From: a candidate division WOR-3 bacterium
GTDB taxonomy: Bacteria > Hydrothermota > Hydrothermia > B15-G9 > WFZT01
Direction: 5' to 3'
Assembly (NCBI GenBank): GCA_027053075.1
Contig: JALUEE010000042.1
Location: forward strand, 1-47,974
DNA: 47,974 bases
The notes under the pieces were generated by a model. The model saw only the letters and a list, made by a program, of their open reading frames with translations. It did no database searches and had not been told where the DNA came from. Both the position numbers and the translations under genes were made by a program. How positions within the stretch are numbered: the stretch's first letter is position 1; each line of letters starts with the position of its first letter. Positions 32,803 through 40,759 of this stretch are shown here, one piece after another.

Positions 32803-33906
32803 TTACTTCACTGCATACAAAAAATGAATGTTTTTATTAACGTTATGACTGCCAAAATAAATGATGCCTCTATATATGGCAGGAGAAGAGGTTACAGGAG
32901 CACCGGCTTTGAATTTCCATATCTCGTTACCAGTTTTTGAATCAATAGCATAGATATATCCATCGTTGCTACCGAAATAAACAATTCCATCGGCGATTGA
33001 GGGGGAGGATACAATTTTGCCCCTGGTTTTGAATTTCCATACGAGCTTGCCATCTCCCGAATTAAGTGCATAGAGAGTGCTGTCGCTGCTTCCGAAATAA
33101 ACGGAATTGTTTGAAACTGCTGGAGAAGAGAAGATCGGGCCTCCGGTTTTGAAACTCCATTTGAATTTGCCGTTTGTTGTAACTGCGTAAAGATTCCCGT
33201 CCAGACTTCCAAAATAGACAATACTGTCGCAGATCGCCGGAGAAGAGTATATCTGACCGTGGGTCTGATAGCTCCATTTGAGTTTGCCAGTGTTAGCATC
33301 AAGGGCATAGAAGACGCCGTCTCGTCCGCCATAGTAAACCACTCCACCATAGACAGCAGGTGACGAGAAAATCAATCCACCATAGGCTGCATTCCATATC
33401 TCTTTCCCGCTTTTTGCATCGAGTGCATAAAGATGACCATCGTAACTGCCAAAGTACACGATCCAGTTGTAAACAGCAGGTGAGGAGAAAATAGCACCTC
33501 TGGTCTCAAATCGCCATATTTCTTTTCCTTTATGTGTGTCTATAGCAATAAAGCTACCCCAAAGGGTTCCAAAGTAAACTCTATTATCTGTTTCTGCGGG
33601 CGTAGATAAAACAGGCGAATCCGTTTTGAATTCCCATTTTATCTTACCTTTTCTGGCATCAATTTCGTAAAGAGAATTGTCATATCCGCCAAGATACAGA
33701 TTCCCTCTGCTGATAATGGGAGAAAAAATCATGGGAACATTTATATTAATTTTCCATACAACGTTGTGAAACTCTTTGATTGGTTTGGAATTATAGACAC
33801 CAGTGTGCTGTAAACTGCCCCTGAACATTGAGGTTAAATTCTCAGGAGAACGATTGCACGATGAGAGTATAAGCACAACAAATAGTAAAACTTTCCTCAC
33901 ACTCAT
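32803..33906 (-). CDS. PQQ-like / BamB-like 8-bladed beta-propeller lipoprotein
   Basis: Lipobox LSSC, eight SSPA...VYFGS.DG.LYA.DA.TG...W repeats, SD AAGGAGG. Confidence 0.9.
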   Translation of the reverse strand: MSVRKVLLFVVLILSSCNRSPENLTSMFRGSLQHTGVYNSKPIKEFHNVVWKININVPMIFSPIISRGNLYLGGYDNSLYEIDARKGKIKWEFKTDSPVLSTPAETDNRVYFGTLWGSFIAIDTHKGKEIWRFETRGAIFSSPAVYNWIVYFGSYDGHLYALDAKSGKEIWNAAYGGLIFSSPAVYGGVVYYGGRDGVFYALDANTGKLKWSYQTHGQIYSSPAICDSIVYFGSLDGNLYAVTTNGKFKWSFKTGGPIFSSPAVSNNSVYFGSSDSTLYALNSGDGKLVWKFKTRGKIVSSPSIADGIVYFGSNDGYIYAIDSKTGNEIWKFKAGAPVTSSPAIYRGIIYFGSHNVNKNIHFLYAVK

Positions 33907-34302
33907 TTCCTCCTTCTTTATTCGGTAGAATGATTATTTACCAAGATCGGGGGAATTTAAAGATAATCTTTATTAGATGACCTTTATTAAAGTCTCATTT
34001 TGAAGTAAGATTTGATGGGAGATATAATATAATTATTGTATTTCTCAAGTGAAATTTTGAGTCAATGGGCGACTCGAAAAAATTAGAGTCTTAGGATAAT
34101 TTATTTAAAAAAGATACCATAATGAATGTCAAGGGAAGGTTTCAATAACAGGACTTAGATATTCAAAGGGCCCGCATTTAAGAGATTAGAGACCCTAAAG
34201 AGAAAATCAAAGCAAATTATAAAGATAGTATGAAAAAGGTGATATCCTTAACCCTTTATTGATTATCCGATATTTTCTTAAGAAACTATGATCAAGAAAT
34301 TT

Positions 34303-34707
34303 TCAAAAAGAATCCCCTATATGTTTAAGTTTCCAATCCTTGTATTTCTGTAAATCTTGCTCTATAAGTTTTAGACAGATTGCTACAACTGTTGCATCGT
34401 CTAATAGCCCTATGACAGGAATGAAATCTGGAATTACATCTAAGGGATTCAGCACGTATAATAATGCTGCCGCAATTGCTGTTATTGAATGCCACGGAAT
34501 ATCCTTGTAGCTACCGTTAAAATAATCTTTAATGATTGAGATAAGTAGCTTTGCATCCTCAACATATTTCCCCAACGGCCCCGATGAAGTGAATTTATCC
34601 TCTATTTGTCTCTGCTTCTCCAATATCTTCCTTAGTTCGTCCTCCGTTATCTTTTTTGATTCTTGATTTAGAATCTTCTTTGCCTCTTCATCGTTTATCT
34701 TTCTCAT
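34303..34707 (-). CDS. YkvA / DUF1232 family membrane protein
   Basis: AALLYVLNPLDVIPDFIPVIGLLDDA signature. SD AAGGGGG. Confidence 0.9.
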   Translation of the reverse strand: MRKINDEEAKKILNQESKKITEDELRKILEKQRQIEDKFTSSGPLGKYVEDAKLLISIIKDYFNGSYKDIPWHSITAIAAALLYVLNPLDVIPDFIPVIGLLDDATVVAICLKLIEQDLQKYKDWKLKHIGDSF

Positions 34708-34742
34708 AATTTACCCCCTTTTCAATCTAAAGTTTATATTAA

Positions 34743-34869
34743 CTCAACTTTGACACTATCTCCCAAAACCATTGATATTCAATCATTTTACGCGTACCAC
34801 TACTTTGACATCCAAATTTAAAAATTCGCAATATTGCGACAAAAATTCGCCGCACATGTCAAACTTGAG
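34743..34869. mobile_element. 127-bp MITE-like element with IS1634-like ends
   Basis: Terminal inverted repeats CTCAACTTTGACA / TGTCAAACTTGAG (12 of 13 match), flanked by direct repeat ATTAA (34738-42 and 34870-74). No ORF. Confidence 0.75.
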
Positions 34870-34961
34870 ATTAAGCTAAGTTATCCATATTTTATTCCAT
34901 ATATTTTCAAAATGCTATAAAATAAAGTTTAACACTTCTAATATGAAGAAAGGAGGGTAAA

Positions 34962-35813
34962 ATGAGGATGTTGAAAAAAGGGGTGTTGATTTCAATTTCT
35001 CTGTTGTTTATTTACACATATTCTGTAAGCTGCTCAAATGAGCAACATAAAGAGAAGAAACAAGTTGAAAAGGTACGATCAGAAAAGCCTTTTTCTCCAG
35101 AGGAGCTTGCAAAAGTAGTCAAAAAATCCACTGTAGTTGTGAAGTGTTACTGCAAAGAATCAAAATTCTTTGGTTTGAGCAAGAAAGCTTACAGTGTATT
35201 AGGCTCTGGATTCTTTATAAATTATGCAAATGGACAGTATGTGGTTTTAACCAATATGCATGTGCTGGGGTTTGAGAAACTAATTTATTCGGAAAAACAT
35301 TCTGTGCCTAAATTCTCAGAATATAAGGTATTCATTAGTCCTTATGATAGAAGGGATAGTATACCTGTGACTAGGATATTTATTAATAAATCTCTAAAAG
35401 ACATAGCAGTTCTTATTGTAGATGGAAAGATCGGTGATTATCCGGTGTTAATTTTATCTAATGAATACCCAAAAGTGGGAGAAAAAGTTTTCGCAATGGG
35501 ACATCCGTACTCTCTGGAATTTTCTTTTACTGAAGGTATTGTCTCGAATGTGTTAAAAATACCAGAGTTTAAAGGGACTTATATCCAAACTGATGCAGCA
35601 ATAAATCCAGGTAATTCCGGGGGGCCTCTTATGGATGAATTTGGACGAGTAGTAGGGATGAATACTTGGGGAATACGGAAAAATATTAGTGAAGGTTTGA
35701 ATTTTGCTATTTCCTCACCTGAAATTTTAAAAGAAGTGGATGATTGGAATTTTGTACTACTTCCCACTAAGCCAAAAGAAATAAGTAAATTCTTAAGAAA
35801 TCTTTTTAAGTGA
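34962..35813 (+). CDS. Trypsin-like serine protease (S1C/HtrA-type domain, no PDZ), probable lipoprotein
   Basis: GSGFF, TNMHV (His), KDIAVL (Asp), IQTDAAINPGNSGGPL (Ser). Signal peptide ends SVSC. SD AAGGAGG. Confidence 0.9.
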   Translation: MRMLKKGVLISISLLFIYTYSVSCSNEQHKEKKQVEKVRSEKPFSPEELAKVVKKSTVVVKCYCKESKFFGLSKKAYSVLGSGFFINYANGQYVVLTNMHVLGFEKLIYSEKHSVPKFSEYKVFISPYDRRDSIPVTRIFINKSLKDIAVLIVDGKIGDYPVLILSNEYPKVGEKVFAMGHPYSLEFSFTEGIVSNVLKIPEFKGTYIQTDAAINPGNSGGPLMDEFGRVVGMNTWGIRKNISEGLNFAISSPEILKEVDDWNFVLLPTKPKEISKFLRNLFK

Positions 35814-35850
35814 ATTAAAATGACTAAAAATTTTTAAAGAAAATCCTGCC

Positions 35851-35880
35851 TTGCAATTAAAAATTTTTCTGTATTAAAAT
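35851..35880 (+). promoter_or_regulatory. Possible sigma70 promoter for the dynamin-like pair
   Basis: TTGCAA, 18-nt spacer, TAAAAT, upstream of SD AAGGAGG. The AT-rich context lowers specificity. Confidence 0.4.
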
Positions 35881-35903
35881 TAGCACAGTAATAAGGAGGG
35901 ATT

Positions 35904-37889
35904 ATGAATATTAAAGAAAAAACCAAAGAGCTTGATCAAAATATTCAGGAATTTAGAAAAGGCGTTACCGCTCTAATTCAGAGATTATCATTCGAATCAG
36001 AAGAGTTCGAAGACTTGAAACGGAAATTCGATGATATTTATATCCCAAAATTGTCTAAGAAAATTGACATTGTTATAGATGCACTGAACTCTCCAGTATC
36101 TGTTGGTCTTATAGGCAGATACTCTCACGGGAAAACGGCCCTTTTAAACAGAATATTCTCCATACCTCAAGATTATGGCTTACCAGAAGGAGAAGGTATA
36201 GTCACGTCCAAAATAACTCGTGTGGACTTTAAAGAGAGATTGAGTTTTCCACGTGCATATATAGTTAAAACAACAAAGGATAAGGAGGAGATTTCATTAA
36301 AAGAATTAGTTGAAAGTGTAGGACCCTCTACCTCGATTGAGCCAGATGAAGACACCTCTATTATAGACTACTATCATTTAGAATTACCGGCAATTAAAGG
36401 TTTCAGTGTTCTTTTTGCCCGTAATAATATTGCAATTGTTGATATGCCAGGTATAGGTGGACGGTATTTCAAAGATAAGGTGTTAACGAGAGAGACATTA
36501 GAACTAATGGATTTTATACTTGTTGTTATAAAAATGACAGAGATCGATAAAGCGGGACGAGCCGTAGAGCCAGTTATTGCTGGAATTAAAAATATACCTA
36601 TGATACCAGTTTTTACCTTCTTTGATGAAGCAAAAGAATCCGTTGTTTACACCGATTGCAAGGACGAAGAGGAAATCATAGAGAAAGCAAAGGAACTTGC
36701 CAAGGAACATTTGCCCTCTATTGCAAAATGGATACCAGTGAGAAGTGTGTTTGTATCAAATAAGGATGGGACAAATATATCTCAATTGCGTGAGACTATC
36801 ATAAATTTTGTGGAAGAGAGGATGTCTCCTATCCCTAAAAAGCAACAGCAGAAACCTGAATTGTTTAAAAAGAAAATATATGAGATCAGGAATAGTCTCG
36901 TGGACCTTGTCTCTTTCTTAAATAAATTTGTCAATGACATCAGTAATGAAATCGAGAAAAATAAACCATCTGCAGGCAAAAAGACGATAAAAGTGGACTT
37001 ATCCCAAGTTGGCAAATCGGAATTAAGGGGAATCAAATTGAGAGCAAAAGATATAATAAGGGAGCATCGAAACGAAATAGAGGGTAAAATTTCAAGCCTT
37101 ATGATGGCTAACAATGAATCTCAATTTAAACAATACCTCTCGGAGTTGGATACAGTGTTACAACAACTATCTAACAGATTGGAGATGACTTTACAAACTG
37201 AGTTTGCAGACACTAAAAATTCTTTAAAAGCACAGATAGAAAAAGTTCTTAGTAGAAAAATCAATTTGCCAGATGATAGAATGCAGGAGTTGCTGTATGA
37301 GATATTTGACGTAATTGATGGATATGTATTATCTCCATCTTTTGTAGATGATTTGAAAGACATTGATCTTATGCGTTTTAGTGGATTTAAGTCTCCGAAA
37401 ATAGATATAATTCGACGAATTTTAAATTCTTTGTCCGATCCAAAATTTTTTCTCACATTGTTGATTTCTGTAATTTTAATAAAGGCTGGTTCAGTTCATA
37501 TACCCTTGATTGGAAATTTGGGTTTTTTGAAATATTTAGGGTTTTTAGGGATGGGTGGAGCTCTTCTCTTCTTTGTCTATGATGCATTTATCTCCCCTCC
37601 ACCTAAAAGGTTCTTTGAGCGAGAGAAGGCAGAAAAAATCAGAGATATTCGCAAAGTGGTGTCTGAATTACTCACATCGATAAACGACAGTATCATAAAG
37701 GATATAGAATCATCTCTTGAAGAAATCAGGGATGAAATTCTGACAACTATTTCCGAGTTTACAGATGTTGCCTATTCAGACTACAAAAAGAATAAGTCTA
37801 TAATCAACGACATAAAAAAGGAGAAAGAAAAGCTACAAAAGGAGATTGAACTTTTCTCAGAATCTTTAGGGATTGAGCTTATTTCATGA
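35904..37889 (+). CDS. Bacterial dynamin-like GTPase
   Basis: G1 GRYSHGKT, G2 LPEGEGIVTS, G3 DMPG, G4-like TFFD. Long helical stalk with a hydrophobic hairpin (FFLTLLISVILI...GFLGMGGALLFFVY). Confidence 0.82.
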   Translation: MNIKEKTKELDQNIQEFRKGVTALIQRLSFESEEFEDLKRKFDDIYIPKLSKKIDIVIDALNSPVSVGLIGRYSHGKTALLNRIFSIPQDYGLPEGEGIVTSKITRVDFKERLSFPRAYIVKTTKDKEEISLKELVESVGPSTSIEPDEDTSIIDYYHLELPAIKGFSVLFARNNIAIVDMPGIGGRYFKDKVLTRETLELMDFILVVIKMTEIDKAGRAVEPVIAGIKNIPMIPVFTFFDEAKESVVYTDCKDEEEIIEKAKELAKEHLPSIAKWIPVRSVFVSNKDGTNISQLRETIINFVEERMSPIPKKQQQKPELFKKKIYEIRNSLVDLVSFLNKFVNDISNEIEKNKPSAGKKTIKVDLSQVGKSELRGIKLRAKDIIREHRNEIEGKISSLMMANNESQFKQYLSELDTVLQQLSNRLEMTLQTEFADTKNSLKAQIEKVLSRKINLPDDRMQELLYEIFDVIDGYVLSPSFVDDLKDIDLMRFSGFKSPKIDIIRRILNSLSDPKFFLTLLISVILIKAGSVHIPLIGNLGFLKYLGFLGMGGALLFFVYDAFISPPPKRFFEREKAEKIRDIRKVVSELLTSINDSIIKDIESSLEEIRDEILTTISEFTDVAYSDYKKNKSIINDIKKEKEKLQKEIELFSESLGIELIS

Positions 37890-39505
37890 AAAATTTTCAG
37901 ACATTTAAAAATCTATACCAGATATTGAGCAACTATGTTGTAGCTGATGACAGTTACCATAAGACATTTTCTGTATTGGTCGCGAAGGTGGGAATACCAG
38001 ACATAAACCGAGAGATTGATATCGGAATTTTTGATGCCCTTGTATATGGATTAAACAAAATTTCTGCTCCCATCATTGAAAACGTTTTCACGAAAATGGA
38101 CGATTTGCTTTATAAAGATGTTCTAAATCACGTGGAGCGAATTTCTATAACCAAAGATTATAGAAAAAACTCGATATCGTTTTTCTTCAATTCGTCAAAA
38201 GAGGAGGAAATACTCGGTAAAGACAGGAACCAGGCAACGTCAGTAGTTGAGATTTTTCATAAATATGCAGGATGGATGCCGCAGAAGATTGTTGGCCTGA
38301 TTAACGAGAAAAAACAGCTACCTCCCCTGATTATTAAAGGTGATTTCCAGAAAATAAATGCGATTTTAAATGATTTTCCCCAGGATTTATTATCGATAAT
38401 AGGACAGGACCTTGTTTCAAAGATAGAGATTAAAATTTCTCATGACCATTGCATTTCGGATGACCCAATTTACAAAGCTATCAAAACAATGGACATTTTG
38501 TCTTTGGAGGAAAGTGAAGATTCTGTTAAACTTTTTGATTTCTGGAAATACTCATATCATCTCGTAGGAACACCGGTAGATAACTATTTACATGTATTTT
38601 TCTCAAATTTGAAAAAGGCAAGTGAAATGTTAGTGAGAAAATTCAAATTGTCAGAATATTCAGCTTATGAATTACTTTATAGTATGTCCTTTTTCTCCTT
38701 AATTCCTGGAGAAGAGCTCATGAAATCTACACGCTATTTTGTTGAGAATAGTAAAGATTTTCCCTATCTGAAACCACCTGAAACAGACCTCACAAAAAAA
38801 GTTGATAAGGAGAATTTGCTATCCACCGCTTTCATATTTTTGAGTCCCTATGCTTTCAATGAGCTCAAAGATACTCTTTCCCCAAGTAATTTTGAGCTCA
38901 TGAAAAATATTGCCCTTGAGAGGGGGTTTTCATATTTTTCCTCGTTGTTAAAACTTGCTGAAGATTTTAATGGTTTAATAGACCTCAGGAGCAAAATAAA
39001 ACGAGAGAGAAGGGAAATTTTAAAATTAAGAGGTGATGTAGAGGCAATCCTTAAGTTAATGGACGAGTTTTTAAAAGAGCTCAATTCTTTTGAAAAAGAT
39101 AATAGGGAGGCGCGGTTGAAAGAGTTTTTTAATTTGATAGGAGAGATATCTAATTTTGCCAGTAATTACCAAAATCAGAATCTTTCCAGAATGGTCAATG
39201 AGGTAGCAAGAGAAATTAAGATAGAAAAGGAGAAATATCTTGAGAGGAGGAAATTTATCGGTGGTTATAAAGTTAAAAGAACGGATTTCGTGTCATGGCT
39301 ATCGAAAAAGTGCAAGGTACTTGTGGATGAATTACAAACAAACTATTTGAAAAATTCAAAATTTTGGCCTCTTATAGAAAATTTAAGAGAAGCCTACAAA
39401 AGATTCTTTGAGCCTACATATTTATTGAGTGATTTAACAAGTCCGATCGATAATGAACTTGTAAAATTTCTAAAGGATGAATTGCTCCATAAGGATAAAG
39501 AATAA
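37886..39505 (+). CDS. Hypothetical protein coupled to the dynamin-like gene (possible inactive dynamin-like partner)
   Basis: 539-aa ORF, ATGA overlap with the upstream gene, C-terminal coiled-coil character, no intact P-loop. Confidence 0.75.
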   Translation: MKNFQTFKNLYQILSNYVVADDSYHKTFSVLVAKVGIPDINREIDIGIFDALVYGLNKISAPIIENVFTKMDDLLYKDVLNHVERISITKDYRKNSISFFFNSSKEEEILGKDRNQATSVVEIFHKYAGWMPQKIVGLINEKKQLPPLIIKGDFQKINAILNDFPQDLLSIIGQDLVSKIEIKISHDHCISDDPIYKAIKTMDILSLEESEDSVKLFDFWKYSYHLVGTPVDNYLHVFFSNLKKASEMLVRKFKLSEYSAYELLYSMSFFSLIPGEELMKSTRYFVENSKDFPYLKPPETDLTKKVDKENLLSTAFIFLSPYAFNELKDTLSPSNFELMKNIALERGFSYFSSLLKLAEDFNGLIDLRSKIKRERREILKLRGDVEAILKLMDEFLKELNSFEKDNREARLKEFFNLIGEISNFASNYQNQNLSRMVNEVAREIKIEKEKYLERRKFIGGYKVKRTDFVSWLSKKCKVLVDELQTNYLKNSKFWPLIENLREAYKRFFEPTYLLSDLTSPIDNELVKFLKDELLHKDKE

Positions 39506-39838
39506 CAAATTATTTGTTCCCCTTTGCAGTAATGTGTTCATTTCACGTAAAAGGTTTTCCTCTATCTCGGCAAGTTTTTGTCTTGTGAAGATAAAATTCG
39601 AATTTCTGCTTTCTTTAAGTAGGTCCAGTTCTAACAATAATTTTAATCATTGGTAATCGGTTTTGGGTGCTATAATTATGAGTATTTCTCAATTCTTGAC
39701 TCTGGATCAGATTTTTTGTACCTGGAATTCTTAAATCCGTAGTATTTTTTTTATTTTATTTATCATTCTTTCGTTGTGCTACAAGTGGGGGAAACAATTC
39801 TTGATCTGTTTCAATATAAGCTCTATAATCTGCATGCT

Positions 39839-40135
39839 ATGTTTGTGAGAACCAAGACATTCAAAAATAAAAATGGTACAACAAGGACATACCTCTATAT
39901 CGTCGACGGCAGACGCGTTAATGGTAAAGTGCGTCAAAGGATTATTGCTAACTTAGGACGTCTGGAAAAACTGCAGGAAGGTGATCTGGACAGGATTATA
40001 GAGGGACTGATGAAGTATTCAAAAAGAAAATGGATAGAGGTGGATGAACAATCAGATGAGGCAAAGGGCTAAAGTTCAGTTCTGATCTTCAGAAAAATGT
40101 TGGGGAAATTGAAGTTATTGAATATGCCACCCTGA
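39839..40135 (+). mobile_element. IS1634-family transposase N-terminal remnant (pseudogene)
   Basis: MFVRTKTFKNKNGTTRTYLYIVDGRRVNGKVRQRIIANLGRLEKL is typical of IS1634 N-termini. In-frame TAA at 40070-72, then VLIFRKM... No DDE domain. Confidence 0.8.
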
Positions 40136-40189
40136 CAATGATATTTGTTTTACAGGGACTTGGCGAGGATGAGTTTCTGGATTTTTGAA

Positions 40190-40235
40190 GGGATGAGGGG
40201 GGATGCCCCGAAGGGGCATCCCTACCACTCATCCC
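40190..40235 (-). terminator. Hairpin directly after the fibre cassette
   Basis: GGGATGAG..GGGATGCCCC-GAA-GGGGCATCCC..CTCATCCC, 2 nt past the stop at 40238. Confidence 0.6.
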
Positions 40236-40237
40236 TC

Positions 40238-40759
40238 TTACCTCAATATAATTAACTTCTGAGTCAGAAGATGACCCGCTGCCCTGAATTTGAGAATGTA
40301 CAATCCACTTGATAACCTGTGGCCATAATTGTCAACTCCATGCCAGACAACTCCGTGTCGTCCAGATGAGAATGATTTCCTGAGCGTCCATACTTTCCTT
40401 CCGCTTATTTCATAGATGCTGAGTTCAACATTACTTTTCTGAGGAAGTACAAAAGAGATATTGACCCTGTTAATCATTGGACTTGGGTAGGGTGGTAGGA
40501 ATTGGAATTTTAGAGGTTGTCCAGGACCCTCATGGATGCTGACGAGGATAGCCTGATAAGGCATTCCACTTTGTAGGTTGTAGTTTGAATTGTGGCTCTT
40601 GCCCACGGTGGTTATACCGGTTATGCCAGTAAGTCGATATTGAGAGGAAGTGGAGGTACCTCCGCCCTGAGAGATGGTGCCACTTCGGAGGACATAATTC
40701 GTCTGGGCTACTAAGGTCATTGGAATTGCAAAGATGGCAAGAATGACAAGCTTTCTCAT
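40238..40759 (-). CDS. Small secreted protein with a T9SS type A / FlgD-Ig-like C-terminal domain
   Basis: Signal peptide, Gly/Ser/Thr beta-rich segment (ISQGGGTSTSSQYRLTG), then PYPSP...IYEISGRKV...WHGVDNYG..LSSGLYILK...KLIILR. Confidence 0.82.
   Translation of the reverse strand: MRKLVILAIFAIPMTLVAQTNYVLRSGTISQGGGTSTSSQYRLTGITGITTVGKSHNSNYNLQSGMPYQAILVSIHEGPGQPLKFQFLPPYPSPMINRVNISFVLPQKSNVELSIYEISGRKVWTLRKSFSSGRHGVVWHGVDNYGHRLSSGLYILKFRAAGHLLTQKLIILR

Noticed and set aside
33907..34302. Possible small gene or remnant in the AT-rich gap
   Set aside because: Only short broken frames with no recognisable similarity.
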